From assembly GCA_964016885.1 (NCBI GenBank), contig OZ024741.1, forward strand, positions 186,124,001 through 186,188,000: 64,000 bases of DNA, given 5' to 3'. This document shows, piece by piece, positions 1 through 14,098 of this stretch. The translations under genes were made by a program, and so were the position numbers. A model generated the notes under the pieces. The model did not search any database, was not told the origin of the DNA, and saw nothing but the letters and a program-made list of their open reading frames with translations. Source of the DNA: Eledone cirrhosa (lineage: Eukaryota). Positions within the stretch are counted from its first letter, which is position 1. Each line of letters opens with the position of its first letter.

Positions 1-181
1 TTATTAAGGCATGTTACTCTGGAGTTTTGCGTATTTATCACAAGGTAATCAGACAAGAACTGTTCTTTTCTGATCACATTGTGACAAACAGGCGAAACTC
101 CAGAGAAACATGACTCACGATTCAGGCTCAATAAAATGAATATAAATCCCTACTTAAGTATTTATTAGTCTTTTCTGTCAG

Positions 182-228
<47 letters not shown>

Positions 229-1075
229 TATATATATATATATATATACACATTTGCGGGTATGTATATAATATCGGATACAAATCTTCAATCCCTTCAG
301 GGAAGTTTTGTCTTTCGATCACAATAAATATATATTTATGGTGTTCTACACTCTTCGTCCATCAATCTCTATCACTGACTTACAGATACACATACATAAA
401 CACACAACAAAGACGATAAACTGAACCACACACTCTCCTAATATTGGCATATATATAATCGCTGGTGTCAAATCAAAGATATCATCCAGCAGTCAACACC
501 CATCTCATTACCTAATTCATCAGTTTAACACAAGATCCCTCACATCAACAATCTATTAGTGCTGTACTCTAATTATATCTTAACAGACTCATACACATAT
601 ACCAACGCACACACACACACGCAAACACATACACATACAGACATACTCACACACACGTAAACAGATGATGTAGAAGCCGTGTCTGTAGTAAACGTGTTAT
701 TTATACTCTACTAATGTATTGCGTACCTTATTTACTGTGATTACACCCCAATTGAACCCCCCCCCCCACACACACACACACACACACATACACACACATA
801 TATATGTATATATATCTATACATATATACAAAAGTGTAGTTGTCTGTGTGTGTCCCCACATTTTTGCAAAGTCTATATAAATCCACATTTCTACTCCGAT
901 TGACTTCAAACTTGCATTTATATATTCTTTGCGGTCTAAAGATATTAATTGCAGCTTTTATGTTTCAATTTTCTCTAGTTAAAGGGGTGTTAGGCGCTGG
1001 TTATCGATCTCCGTCACGCCCTTATAATATCTGTCTGTATGCCTGGCTCTCTGCATTTCGACATTATGACACACA

Positions 1076-1283
1076 TTGATGACGTATTATGTTCGCTATT
1101 TTCCGTTCATTGCCAGGGAACGTCTTCACGAATCAAAGTATCGTCTTCCTGTTTTCCTTCGGTTGCAACGTTTTTCGAAATATTTACTTCTGCGTTCACA
1201 GATTGATTTTTTTTAGTTTCAGAAAATCCCGTTAAGGGTGAAAGCAGCGATTCTTTGCTTAAACTTTAATCTGTTATTTTAAT
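1076..1283 (+). mobile_element. Solo 3' fragment (pseudo-LTR) of the Hydra-like Penelope element
   Basis: Matches the reverse complement of about 36876-37078 and 23052-23255 (...tcccgttaagggtgaaagcagcgattctttgcttaaactttaatctgttattttaa). Confidence 0.85.
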
Positions 1284-2181
1284 ATATAATATAAGCTAGG
1301 CAAGCCAGCCCAGTTACCACTTCTTGCCAATAAACATTAACCTTTTGTGCGCCATTCATCTTACTGTAGACGAACAAATACCAACTAAACGGAGCGTTGA
1401 CAAGAACGATGGCGAATGAATCTTCGAGGTAAGCAGTTTCCTCCCGAGCTGTTATTTCTCGCGGGATTCTCTGCTACACCTTTTCGTAATAATTGTTTGA
1501 AATTTTGGCACAAGGCCAGCAAATACCCAGTTCATTACTGGTACTTTATTTTATCGACCCGGTAAGGATGAAAGGCAAAGTTAACCTCGACGGGATTTGA
1601 ACTCAGACCGTAAAGGGACGTAACTCTGCTGGAAAGCATGGCGTCCGACCCTCTACCGATACTGCATATTCACCGCCCTTATAATTCACCTTTTCGTAAT
1701 AATACGGAACAACGAACTGTTGGTCACTGCTTCCTCCAAAAACCGTACTAAGTGGACATGTGCATCGGGCAGATGGATCGGGTGCAAATCTACACCAGGC
1801 CTACGCGAGAAATTCGCAAGGGATTGCACCAAGATGGATAGAGAGAAAGAGTAACTTAGTGACAAGAGTGCTAATTAACTTTTGAGGTAAGTAGCATACG
1901 CCTTACTGCTATTGCACTGGAACCTTCTGCCAACTTAACCTGTGACTTTCACTTTCACATTTACTCCAATAGGCCAAAACAGAGGAGTATGAAAAGAAGG
2001 GGCTCAACAATATGTCTATGAACAATGCACGTAGACAGCTAAACTGTACTTTCAACTTCTTAATGTTCTCCAAATAAAACAAGTTTCGTATCGGTATATT
2101 TTCGTGAGTTTTTAACAGGCACTCACAAATAAACGTTTCTCATTGGCGGTGCTATTACCAATGTTTATACACTGCCAGTAT

Positions 2182-2210
<29 letters not shown>

Positions 2211-2212
<2 letters not shown>

Positions 2213-2396
2213 CGATATTAATAAATGGAAACTATATTTATAAAACCATATTTATTTCATTATACATATTTCAGGGATACCAAATTAAATTATGGTATGC
2301 CTTCATCAGAGAAAATACAATATATAATAGTTTTACAAATAAGCTTTGACGTACCCTATTAAAATGCAACCATTGTTTTGGGAAGTCATCCGGATA
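2211..2396 (-). mobile_element. Short (TA)n-adjacent repeat carrying hammerhead A (probable PLE pseudo-LTR)
   Basis: Second copy at about 15883-16068; both abut (TA)n. Confidence 0.7.
2253..2317 (-). ncRNA. Minimal type I hammerhead ribozyme, family A copy 1
   Basis: Minus strand: tattttct CTGATGA aggcatacca-taatttaatt-tggtatccct GAAA tatgta TA atgaaata. Complete core, 9-bp stem II with one mismatch, near-palindromic stem III. Confidence 0.75.
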
Positions 2397-2500
2397 GTGA
2401 TTTGTTTATATTACTTTAATAAGTCATAGTGTTAAGGACAATTAGAAAAAGACGGAGAGAAAGAAATATACATATACACATATACATATATATATATATA

Positions 2501-2578
<78 letters not shown>

Positions 2579-2792
2579 TTTCGATTATGAATTGGTTTAG
2601 CAAGATTCTTTATCTGCAAACGTGTGTTGAAACCGATATTGTTATACTTTGGGAGGGTCATGTTGCCTATAAGAAACACACGCACCAGCTGCTTTCACTC
2701 AAATTTATTATAAATTAAATTTATAAATTTAGGGAATTTATAAATTTCCTGTTGGTTGGTAGGTTCCACAACCGGACGGTTGTTCATATATT

Positions 2793-2835
2793 GTCAAATT
2801 TCTTTCGTCACACATTCTGTGACCTCTTCAGTGAC
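2793..2835 (-). ncRNA. Hammerhead-like motif, family B
   Basis: Minus strand: gtca CTGAAGA g gtcaca-gaatg-tgtgac GAAA gaaa TT tgac. Confidence 0.55.
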
Positions 2836-3026
2836 TGAGGATTCTTCTCTTTGTTTTGTGCCTCTCCTTTGTTCTGTCCTACGCCATCATGCTTTTGTGT
2901 CTGTTGTGTGCTTAGTTAGCGCACGTGTTACATCCGGGTGTCTGTGTGTGTTTTTACTAAATAAAAACACACACAGACACCCGGATGTAAAAATGGAGAA
3001 GCACAAAACAAAGAGAAGAACCCCCA

Positions 3027-3069
3027 GTTACTGAAGAGGTCACATAATGTATGACGAAAGCACTTTGAC
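3027..3069 (+). ncRNA. Hammerhead-like motif, family B
   Basis: gtta CTGAAGA g gtca-cataatgta-tgac GAAA gcac TT tgac. Confidence 0.6.
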
Positions 3070-3221
3070 AATATATGTACAACCGTCCGGTTGTGGAACC
3101 AACCAACCAACCGGAAATTTATAAATTCTTAAATTTATGAATTTAATTTATAATAATTTGGAGTGGAAGGAACTGGTGCGTGTGTTTCTTATTGTCAACA
3201 TGACCCTCCCAAAGCATAACA

Positions 3222-3253
<32 letters not shown>

Positions 3254-3602
3254 TTGTGTGTGTGTGTGTCTGTGTCTGTGGGTGTGTATATATATATATA
3301 TACACACATTTAGATAGAGAGATAGATATCTTTCTTTATCAAGTTAGATAGGTAGATAGAGTTGTAGTAACACTAATATAATCTGCGTTGTACAATAGTT
3401 CTCCTGCAATTAGTATGGTTTATCATGGGAATACAACGCACAAATGTGATACAGCACAAAGGCCCTATATTTAATATTACTTTCTTTCGGTAAGACTAGT
3501 GTAATTATAACACATTGTAAAATAGCGTTCATATTATAGAAAGTAAAGAGGGGGGGGGCAGAACAACAAGAAGAATAAGCAGCAGCAGCAGTAGCAGCAG
3601 CA

Positions 3603-3682
3603 GAAGAAGAAGAAGAAGAAGAAGAAGAAGAAGAAGAAGAAGAAGAAGAAGAAGAAGAAGAAGAAGAAGAAGAAGAAGAAGA
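3603..3682. repeat. (GAA)n microsatellite
   Basis: Visible directly; similar tracts at about 18395-18470 and 40890-40970. Confidence 0.98.
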
Positions 3683-3909
3683 ATGCTTCTTTTTGCATGG
3701 ATACAGCAAGTTTGCATCTTTTTTTGCGTATGAAGGAAATGTCAGCATATCCTCGTTATCAGAAATATATATGAAAGGCAAGAGGGAAAGGGACATTTCA
3801 GGCTGCAATGTTATTTAAACACGAATCTTGAAAAGTAATATAGTTTGATAATAATCTTATTATTATTGAAATTGCAGTTGTGGCTGTCGTTGCTTATAAA
3901 ATATAATGT

Positions 3910-4635
<726 letters not shown>

Positions 4636-5198
4636 CTTATTTATTCATTGAGGCAGAATGAAAGAGAGGGATAGCTTGAGAGAAGATAAAAGATTAGGAT
4701 TGAGGTGAGATGTAGAAATATCATCACAAACCTCAATATGCAGCAATAAAATATTAGCATAAACAAAGGTGCAGCCTGCTGTTACAGAATTCATTGCATG
4801 TGCAGAGATTCTATACGGAAGGGCTGAAATTAACTAAAGCAGAATTGCGATGTGATCACATATACAGAACATATTTGCAAGCAGACACAAACACACAAAC
4901 ACGTACGCTCACACATGACACATATAGATATATATATATATAGAGAGAGAGATACATTTAAACAAGCATTGAACACGGTAAGCAATGTAAATATACACAC
5001 AAGAGATTCATATGGAGAGATATAAAGTGATGCACTTGTAATTTATACTGAAGAATCGTACGCATTACTTATGTACGATCAGCAAGGGGCGTACGGTTGC
5101 GCCATTTTCTAACATGAATTTAATGGATATTTAAATGTATAAGAATATAGGTAGATACGTATTATATATATGAATACACACGCACGCAAACACACACA

Positions 5199-5245
<47 letters not shown>

Positions 5246-5263
5246 AAAATATATATATACATA

Positions 5264-5324
<61 letters not shown>

Positions 5325-5336
5325 GTATATATACAT

Positions 5337-5442
<106 letters not shown>

Positions 5443-5816
5443 ATATATATATATGTTTATATATACATACATATATAGTGGCTTCCTTGTTCAATCATCT
5501 TACCAGAAGCCTAACATTATTTGTGTAAGCGGACAGTACTTAATTTAGGAGTCGCAGAAACCCAAATGCTGGATTTTACCAACCATCCAGGGGTCCGGGT
5601 AAATTTTCAATCACATATATTTTTATTTGTTTGAGCCGAATTACTTGGTCGTTTTTATGGCTGTGCAGATATTTGTTTAACCATCGTCTCAGTGTGTTTG
5701 GCCTTTAACGTATGTTGTAGCTCTGGTTCATCTAAATCATTGAGCGCTTGCCACACATCTCGGAAGTTGTTTTTCGTTAATTCCTAAGCCGAAATACGAT
5801 TCACGCTAATTATATT

Positions 5817-5900
<84 letters not shown>

Positions 5901-5902
<2 letters not shown>

Positions 5903-5983
5903 AATCCTAAGATTGTGAGTTCGATTTCTGGACCAGGCGATGCGTTATGTCCTTGAGCAAGACACTTTATTTCACGTTGCTCC
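5901..5983 (+). mobile_element. CORE-type tRNA-SINE fragment
   Basis: B-box-like gagttcgatt followed by tgtccttgagcaagacactt, which resembles the CORE domain. Confidence 0.55.
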
Positions 5984-6725
5984 TTCTACCTGGAGTTGCG
6001 ACCGATAGATAGTATTAGCAATTGGAAAGACCAACGGAAACATTGTTCCCTCGGTCCGATTTGACGAAAGTCGATCATCCGCAAAAAGAAAAAAAATATA
6101 TATATATATATATATATTAACCTGTTAATAATTCTATATATATATACATATATTTATATATATATTAACCTGTTAATAATTCTATTGAAAGATTAATTGC
6201 ATAAGTTTATTTTAAAAACTACCTGGTTGAATGCTTATTCGATTTGTGCTATCTATGCAATTTTTTGTATGATATACACATACTGGATTCATTTGCCAAA
6301 ATATGGGGAATTTCCCCTCATGACTTACGTATGTGCGTTTACTAAGCTCTGCGTCACCCGCAAAGTTGGTTACAGAGCAAAATTACCTCTTGATAACGTG
6401 ATATTCCTTCTTCGATCTTTATGCTGAAAGTTATAGTTTTAAGCAGACAGTATTATTGATTTAGGCGTCATAGAAACCCTGCATTTGGATTTTACCACCA
6501 ATTCCATTTGGGTCCAGATTTTTATCATTTATTTTGTTTGAAATGTTTAGCTTGATTTGATTTTTGGCTTAGGTGGTTAATGCCTTCTTAACCACTTTTT
6601 TAGTTTGTATGGCGTTTTAACATATTGTTTAGCTCTAGTTTTTTAACTATTGAGCGCTTGCCAGCATCTCTACGATTTAGCGTTTCGTTTCGCTTTTTCT
6701 ACCAGCCGAAATACGATTCTCGCTG

Positions 6726-6843
<118 letters not shown>

Positions 6844-7419
6844 CGAGAGAGAGATGCATGCATATATTTATGTTTTTATATATATTTTATCCACCAACCA
6901 CGCAGCCCCCTGTTTCATAAAAAAAATTGTATATATATATATGTGTGCGTGTGTGTGTGTGTTTGTTAGCATGTTTGTTTGTGTGTGTGTGTTTGTTAGC
7001 ATGTTTGTTTGTGTGTGTGTGTTTGTTAGCATGTTTGTTTGTGTGTGTGTGTTTGTTCGTGTGTTTATGTGTGTGTTTGTGTGTGTTCGGCCACACAAGT
7101 GTATAATATGCTAGTTTCATCAAACATGCTATATTCTTCGTGGAACGATAAGATAATACAATACAATTTAATTCTAGAATTGAGTGGGTTGGCAAATGAT
7201 GAAGGTAATTAAAGTATTTAATTCGGGGTATACCCATACTAATTAACGCAATATATATTCTTTCTTCAATGAGTTCAAAATGTGCTTCGTATTAAAGCCC
7301 CCTAAAATCGAAGTTGTTTTCATTATCAAAGATATTCCGTAGGTAATACATTAAAAGAAACTCAATGGCATTCCCCTCATGCAGAGAAATGTTAAATATT
7401 TTGCAGTAGTACCATTTGG

Positions 7420-7860
7420 TATACACTCAGTTCTGCAATTGTATCTCACCATCTCAAGAAGCTCAATTAGGTCGACCACATTATTGTGGTTTAGTTGAGT
7501 TACATCTACTTCTGTACTTGACAAGCAGACACAACCATAATTACTTGCAGTTACATTTTTCTTGAACTATTGCCCATTGCTTAAACACTAAGCATTATTT
7601 CGTAATTAAGAGCTGGCTGATAATACATTTTTATGATTCATTTTTCTAAGGCCATGAATTGCAAATATAGTATCACATCCTAGAAAGGTGTGTATACACA
7701 ACATGCTTTTAAGTCCTGATTACTGTTCTGCGCATTTCACAGCCTCAACATCTTGGTGTATGCTTTGCTATATACGTTGGCTTTCATCGACAGTACAATT
7801 TAGTTGTAGCAGTATCGGCGTGAAATATTAATTAGGTCATACCCAAAGTTTCTCAAATAA
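7420..7860 (-). pseudogene. Decayed transposon-like ORF remnant (GCDT H3TH-like motif plus Cys-rich CXC start)
   Basis: Hand translation of the minus strand gives HTFLGCDTIFAIHGLRK (about 7692-7642) and ELLEMVRYNCRTEC (about 7464-7423), interrupted by stops and frameshifts. Confidence 0.45.
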
Positions 7861-8492
7861 ATCTTTCAGTCAATGTGGATTATATCCTTTCTGAAAATGT
7901 ACTGTGCAACGGCTTCGTTCAAGTTAGAGAATTAACCCAACAGAAAACAACTGAATGGTGCTGCTGAGGGTCTCTTTGCTTTGAATGATATATCAGCTGT
8001 GATATTTATGTAAAACAGTAACATTGAGCTCCATTACATGCACGATGGTCATTATGTTTGATGAGAGTCAACAAGTTATAAAGATAGAACCTTTACGCAA
8101 CCGACCTGCAATAACTAGCAGCAAAATACTCCTGAAAACACACCCTAGCATCTTCTATAAGCCTAAGTATATTCTTTGAAAACCAATGGAATAGTCACGA
8201 CAGGAACACCTTTAACCATTCTTCAACTCAATTATTCCAGATTCAAATTCTATCTCTGCCTCGCGGATAAACTGAAGCTTTTTGTCATGAAATCCTAGCA
8301 ACCTCCCAATTTCATAAATATTTGCGTTGTTATTGCCGTCACTGTTCTCGTTGCTGATGTTGCTCTAGCTTTAGTTCTTTTCCGTTGAAGGAGGCCTATG
8401 AGCAATGTTATTTTAACTGTCATCATCCAATCTTTAATTTCTTACTTAGAGACGGTGTAATTTTCGCTATACAATGTTCTCTTATTATTTTG

Positions 8493-8680
8493 GTGGATTG
8501 GCAGTATCGGTAGAGGGTCGGACGTCATGCTTTGACGCAAAGAGTTACAGCCCTTTCCATTCTGAGTTCAAATCCCGCCGAGGTTAACTTTGCCTTTCAT
8601 CCTTACGGGGTCGATAAAATAAAGTACCAGTAATACACTGGGTAATTGCTGGCCTTGTGCCAGAAGTAGAAACAATTATT
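8493..8680 (+). mobile_element. tRNA-derived SINE (main family)
   Basis: A-box-like tggcagtatcgg, B-box gagttcaaatcc, central gcctttcatccttacggggtcgataaaataaagtaccag (Meta-domain-like) and (ATT)n tail. Further copies at 1510-1680(-), 9340-9450(-), 9465-9620(-), 35965-36118(-) and 63910-64000(-). Confidence 0.85.
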
Positions 8681-9677
8681 TTAATACGACAACGTTTTGT
8701 TGGTGGAGATTTAGATGTTGTTTCTTGGGATTGGCCTCTTCATATTTAACCTAATTTCAACCGTAATCATCCAATTATTCAGATAACACGAATGAAGAAT
8801 TACATTATTGCAATACGTATTTTCTAGTTTAATATGAATAGGTGAGATGTGGTGCTAAATTGGTTGTTATTGTAATGTAGAACGTCTACATAGACATAAC
8901 ATCATTGTTTAAATACATAAACACTAGTTTTTTCTTCTATGCTTGAGCAATTTAAATTCCAAAGTTCTTTCTCTTGATCTTTTAACAGAGTCCTTTGATG
9001 GAGATTTGAACGACCAGATGAACGAACACTAGTTCATTCCTCGTTGCCTATGTTTTTATTATATGAATACGTATTCGTCTCTACTGTTATATGCATGTTA
9101 TTTTGTAGAGGAATTAAGTTAATTAGTTAATGAAACGAAACGCATAAACAGACGAAACAAAAAACAAACAGATAAACATGAAATAAAAGAGAAGACATAG
9201 AATGTCTGAGAGACGAGACAATGAGTCACGTTAATACCAAAGAATTGTAAACAAGATTCTAATATTTGTAATCCACCCAGCCAATAAGGGTGGATTGGCA
9301 ACAGAAAACGACAAAAAAGATTAATAATAATAATAATTGTTTCTACTTTTGGCACAAGGCCAGGAATTAAATCAGTACATTACTGGTACGTTATTTTATC
9401 GACTCCGTAAGGATGAATGGTAAAGTTAACCTCGGCGTGATTTGAACTCATTAATAATAATAATTGTTTCTACTTTAGTCACAAGGCCAGCAAATAACCA
9501 GTGAATTACTGGTACTTTATTTTATCTACCCCGTAAGGATGAAAGGCAAAGTCAACATCGGCCGGATTTGAACTCAGATCGTAAAGGGACGTAACTCTGC
9601 TGGAAAGCATGGCGTCCGACTCATTAATAATAATAATAACAATTATTATTATTATTATTGTTATTATTATTATTATT

Positions 9678-11579
9678 GGTGGTCGGCAAGAGTGGACGTG
9701 TATTTGGAAGCTCCGTGAGTTTCTAATTTTGAGTTGTTTTCTAAATTTGTATTTGTATTTTTTGTTGCTAAAAGATAAAACCAACTGCAACAGTGACAAC
9801 AGCAACAACACCAACAAGAGCAATGACCAAAACAACAACAACGACAAGATCAGGAATAGCAGTAGCAACAGCAGCAACAACAACAACAACAACAACAACA
9901 GTAACAGCCGTAGCGACAGCAACAATGGTGTCGCTGAAAAAGGGACCATTTCTTTTACGGGTTGGCCCGGAATGTAGACAGTGATAATCACTGAGAAGGA
10001 GATGGCTGTCGCAAAGACTATGGTGACTAGGAAAACAAATAGAGTCTCCCTGAAACCTCCACTCGATTTTTTCAAAGCCCAACAGCTGCGCACGGTGACA
10101 TACTGTACTATAAATACAAAATTACATCAGGTGGAGAGAGCCATGGAGGCTCAAATTCAAAAGGCCTTGGGGTGCGTGTGGGCTCGCAAAACCCACATAA
10201 TCCGAGGCAAAAAAATATTCCACCGCGGATGCACTTTTTGCCACACACGAAGTGTCAAAGTCTCACTCTTTGGTAACCCTAAACAGTGAGGAGATAGCGT
10301 TGGTTCCCTCCTACTGCGGCCAGAGGATTGTGAGGGTCAAAGAGACGAAGGTCCTGCCCGACGTGACCATACCTTGGTTGGTCGCGTCTCACCTCAACGG
10401 AGTCGAGGAGAGGACGACCACGCTGCAAGTGCAAAGGATAGGGAAGGAGAACTGGTCAGGTATTGGAATGCAAATGCTAATCCAAACTGACCAGGAGTGT
10501 ATCGAGGCTATGCCGGACGTCATAAATCTCGAAGAAGGAGTTTAACTCCCCATAAGCGTGGAAGGAAGGCGCCGAAAATGCTATCTCTGTGGGTCGAAAG
10601 GTCAACTCAGGCGGGAGTGGAGTGGCAAAAGGTCTGCCACACAAAAGGAAAAACCCCTTAGGTTCACCCTCCAAAAGCGAGGGCATTCAAAGAGGGGTAA
10701 AGCTGCAAGGTGACTTACAGCAACACCACCACCATCACCATCACTACCAACAACAACCACACCACCACCAACATCACCACAAACACCAACATCGCAAACA
10801 TAACAGGGCACACACACCCAACAGCAGCAACAAACCCAAATCCCAGAAAAAAGAAAATTGCACGTCGCAAATAAAGAACATGGAATATATAAAGCAGCAC
10901 ACAGACATTACAGACAAAAATGACTACACCCCCACCAACACATTACCAAAGAATATAAACATTGTCGAGATCAAACAGGAACATTATGTGTAAGACGGAT
11001 CCAGTTATCGAGTCCATTATGCAGATAGCTCCACCGTCCTCCTTTAAGAAGGAGGAAGGGCAGGCAGTTTTCATCTGCCTGGTGGCCATGGTGTAAGAGA
11101 TTGTGTGGTAGACAAGGCTGAAATGATGGAAGACGGACACTTTCCCCTCCGGCCAATCACGGATTAACTTTTTCAAGTTTCACTTGAAGAAGAAAACCAG
11201 GGTGGAGAGGCAAGTGCTGTCTTCTATTAAGTTTGTTGAAAGGTGGGTGAAAGTGGCGAATTTGGTTCGAGTAAACGGTTCCGCTCTGAGTACGCGCCTG
11301 TAGACTGAGGAGTGGGAAAACTGAGAGACGGATTACCATGGTGGTCAGGGTGGCTGTTGTCTTTTGTGTAGTTTTCGCCACGAGTGACCCTCGGAGGTTT
11401 CCCCCTTTTGGGGGAATTTTTGTTGTTTGAATTTTTTTATTTGTTTTTACACATTTCTATCTTCTTGTTATAACCTTTTTACACGGCGAAAACCCACTCT
11501 GTATTGTATCGTCCTGTACCGTTCTGTGCCGTCTATAATGTTTTTCTTCATGTTAGCCCTTGTGGCCAACAAAGAAACC
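9678..11579 (+). mobile_element. Internally deleted Tx1/L1-like LINE (ORF1 region joined to ORF2 C-terminus and 3'UTR)
   Basis: Degenerate zinc knuckle GRRRKCYLCGSKGQLRREW near 10564-10620; 11000-11300 is homologous to the ORF2 end of the 31437-35965 copy; ends cccttgtggccaacaaagaaacc(att)n. Confidence 0.75.
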
Positions 11580-12949
11580 ATTATTGTTATTATTGTATTA
11601 TTGTTATTATTGTTAATATTATGTAAAAAAACTTCATGACAAGAAAAAAAACGCATCCAGCTGTGAAATAAAACTATGAGGAACGATATACTAAGAAGAA
11701 TTTTAACATCAATATTGCTGTATAACAACAATAATATAAAAAAGCAACAAAAGTCTATAAAGAGAAAAGGAAAATAAAAATAACTCAACTACGTGAAATA
11801 ACATAAATCAACAAATTATTAAATCATTCGTCAGTAAATGTATTATAAAGATCAAGGGGCATCAAAGTGGAGTGGAATCGAGATCTAAAGATTACAAAAT
11901 CAGCTCCTTAACCATTCGGCCATGAATGTTTCCTGTCCTGCGTATAAGTCATTCTGACACTTCTACGAAACGCAAATTTCCAAACATAAAATGTCATTGT
12001 GATCTCATATAGGATATTACATAATGTAGCTGACAGATATTATATTAGGAAATAGTCACATTTTAATTGCTTGTATTGATTCCTACCGTGAGACATGAGC
12101 AATTTTAAGCTCATTAACGTGATGAATTGTGGAAGGCATCCACAGCAATTGTATTAACATTAAACAGTCTAAGCAAAGAAGAAACGGAATTACGTACAAC
12201 GAAAGCTGTGCTGTGATAGTGAAGGCAAAATAGGTTTTGTGTCTCGGAGAAATTGTGATCAGCTTAGATTAGTTTAATTAGAAGCCAGCAAAGTTTTCTC
12301 TAATTATACACATTGGGAGTTGCATTAACCAAACAAATCTAAAAGGAACGTATTTTGATGAGTTCGACTTCGAAATCTCGCCTTTATTAAATTACAGTGG
12401 ACTACTGTTATTATTGATGTTTCTGTTTGTATTTCTGTTGATGTTATTGTTATGGTCGTCTTTGTTGTTTTGGTTGTTATTATTGTTGATGGTGATGGTA
12501 TGTAACGTATTTCTTCTAGAAACGTGGATGCATCTCCAGGAAAAGGAGACATGGAATATGTCTGTTTATTTTAATACATATACCTTGGTTTATTTCTCAC
12601 GTATTGTTCAGTTTATACTTCAACATTGTGCTAGTTTGACAAGTGATTGGAAGCTCGGGGCATTTGTTGGAATTGAAGCAAATACATCGTGAAAGAAGGA
12701 TTTGAAATGGGTATAATGGCAATTCCAAGACGTAATTGCTTTCAAATGTATGTTTCTAAACGTTTGCTTATGTGTTTGTGCATTTATCCTAAACCTCTCT
12801 CAATTCTATATGAAATAAATCTTGTTCCTCTCTTTCTGTCACATTTCAAACTGTGTTCGTTTTGACTCCATTCTGATAAATCATTCAATTTCATTTGTTA
12901 TTTGTTCTTTCAACTTAACTATATATCTAACTATCTATATATTAATCCA

Positions 12950-13252
12950 TCTACGGCAAAAATGGCCTGAGTGAATGGGCCTTCTCTATATATAAAATTG
13001 TAGGTTGAGGAAGATAAACAGAGGGAAGACAGGAACACCTTCAAAACGTGTTCCTGGTGTTCAGGGTTGTTCTATCCACGGGTTGTAAAACAACCCTACA
13101 GTAATGTTCCCCTCGACTGGGGTTTCAATTGTTATTTTAGTATATATAGTTTATTGTTATTTATTAATGTTAAAGTTATTTTTATGTAAAACCCCCGCCG
13201 TCACGTCTTGTAATGTCCAATTTTTGTGCGCCCCTGTGGCAAATAAAGAAAG
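12950..13252 (+). mobile_element. 3' fragment of a related Tx1-like LINE
   Basis: AKMA*VNGPSLYIKL* resembles ARMARVSGPTLVMRL*; 3'UTR gtaaaacccc...cccctgtggcaaataaagaaa. Confidence 0.65.
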
Positions 13253-13263
13253 ATATCTATCTA

Positions 13264-13328
<65 letters not shown>

Positions 13329-13888
13329 CGTAAAATAAGAAAATTATAAAATTAACTTACTTACTAAAATATCACTTCCAACTAATTAGTTTCTGAAATG
13401 GAATAAATATAATTTCCGAAGAAAGTATAGAGAATCATTTCGTCGTCAGGAAAGACTATTCTCAGCTAAGTATCCAGGCAAAGCGTGGACTCTGGAAACT
13501 TATTCAAAAATAATTCAGTGGATAGAAAATAGCAAAGCGTGGACTGAATTCCTAACCATTGAGAAAATCACTGCCTCTGCGTCGGTGGCAAATTCAAAAG
13601 GAATCAATCACGTGACATCGAGGTCAATCAGTGGAAAGTGGTTTGCTAATAAGACAGCGGCCTGTCTGCTACCATAGCAGCAGTCTTGGCCAATATTGCT
13701 CGACAAATAATTTGGAGATAATTATAAAGAATTAATATCTAGTAACATATATATACATACAGATGCATATCAATGCTAGCAAATATATAGGTTTTGTCTT
13801 AGTAACTTTGTGGTTCAATGCATGGGATTGCAGAACAATAATATGGGAGACGTAAAATAAGAAAATTATAAAATTAACTTACTTACTA

Positions 13889-14098
13889 AAAATCTATGTC
13901 TTGATTTTTTTTTAATTGAGTTGAATTGAGAGGTATAGGTAGGTACGCCGGTAGATAGATTGATGGATGGAAAGATGCTGATATATATATATATATATAT
14001 ATATATCAGCATCTTTCCATCCATCAATCTATCTACCGGCGTACCTACCTATACCTCTCAATTCAACTCAATTAAAAAAAAATCAAGACATAGATTTT
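13889..14098. repeat. Perfect 210-bp palindrome with (AT)n centre
   Basis: The arms read as exact reverse complements around 13993/13994. Confidence 0.95.

Larger units (their letters stand above)
2636..3225. repeat. About 590-bp imperfect fold-back (inverted pseudo-LTR pair)
   Basis: 2636-2955 is the reverse complement of 2963-3225 apart from about 60 extra bp in the left arm; (TA)n on both sides; related partial fold-back at 16586-16735. Confidence 0.85.

Noticed and set aside
1335-2130. piggyBac remnant (HLTVDEQIPTK near 1357-1389)
   Set aside because: Only one short motif; the rest could not be aligned by eye
5048-5085. CTGAAGA plus an atcgtac/gtacgat hairpin as a hammerhead
   Set aside because: No GAAA after the stem
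12087-12168. Possible 82-nt minus-strand exon
   Set aside because: Plausible splice sites, but the peptide is unrecognisable and there are no partner exons
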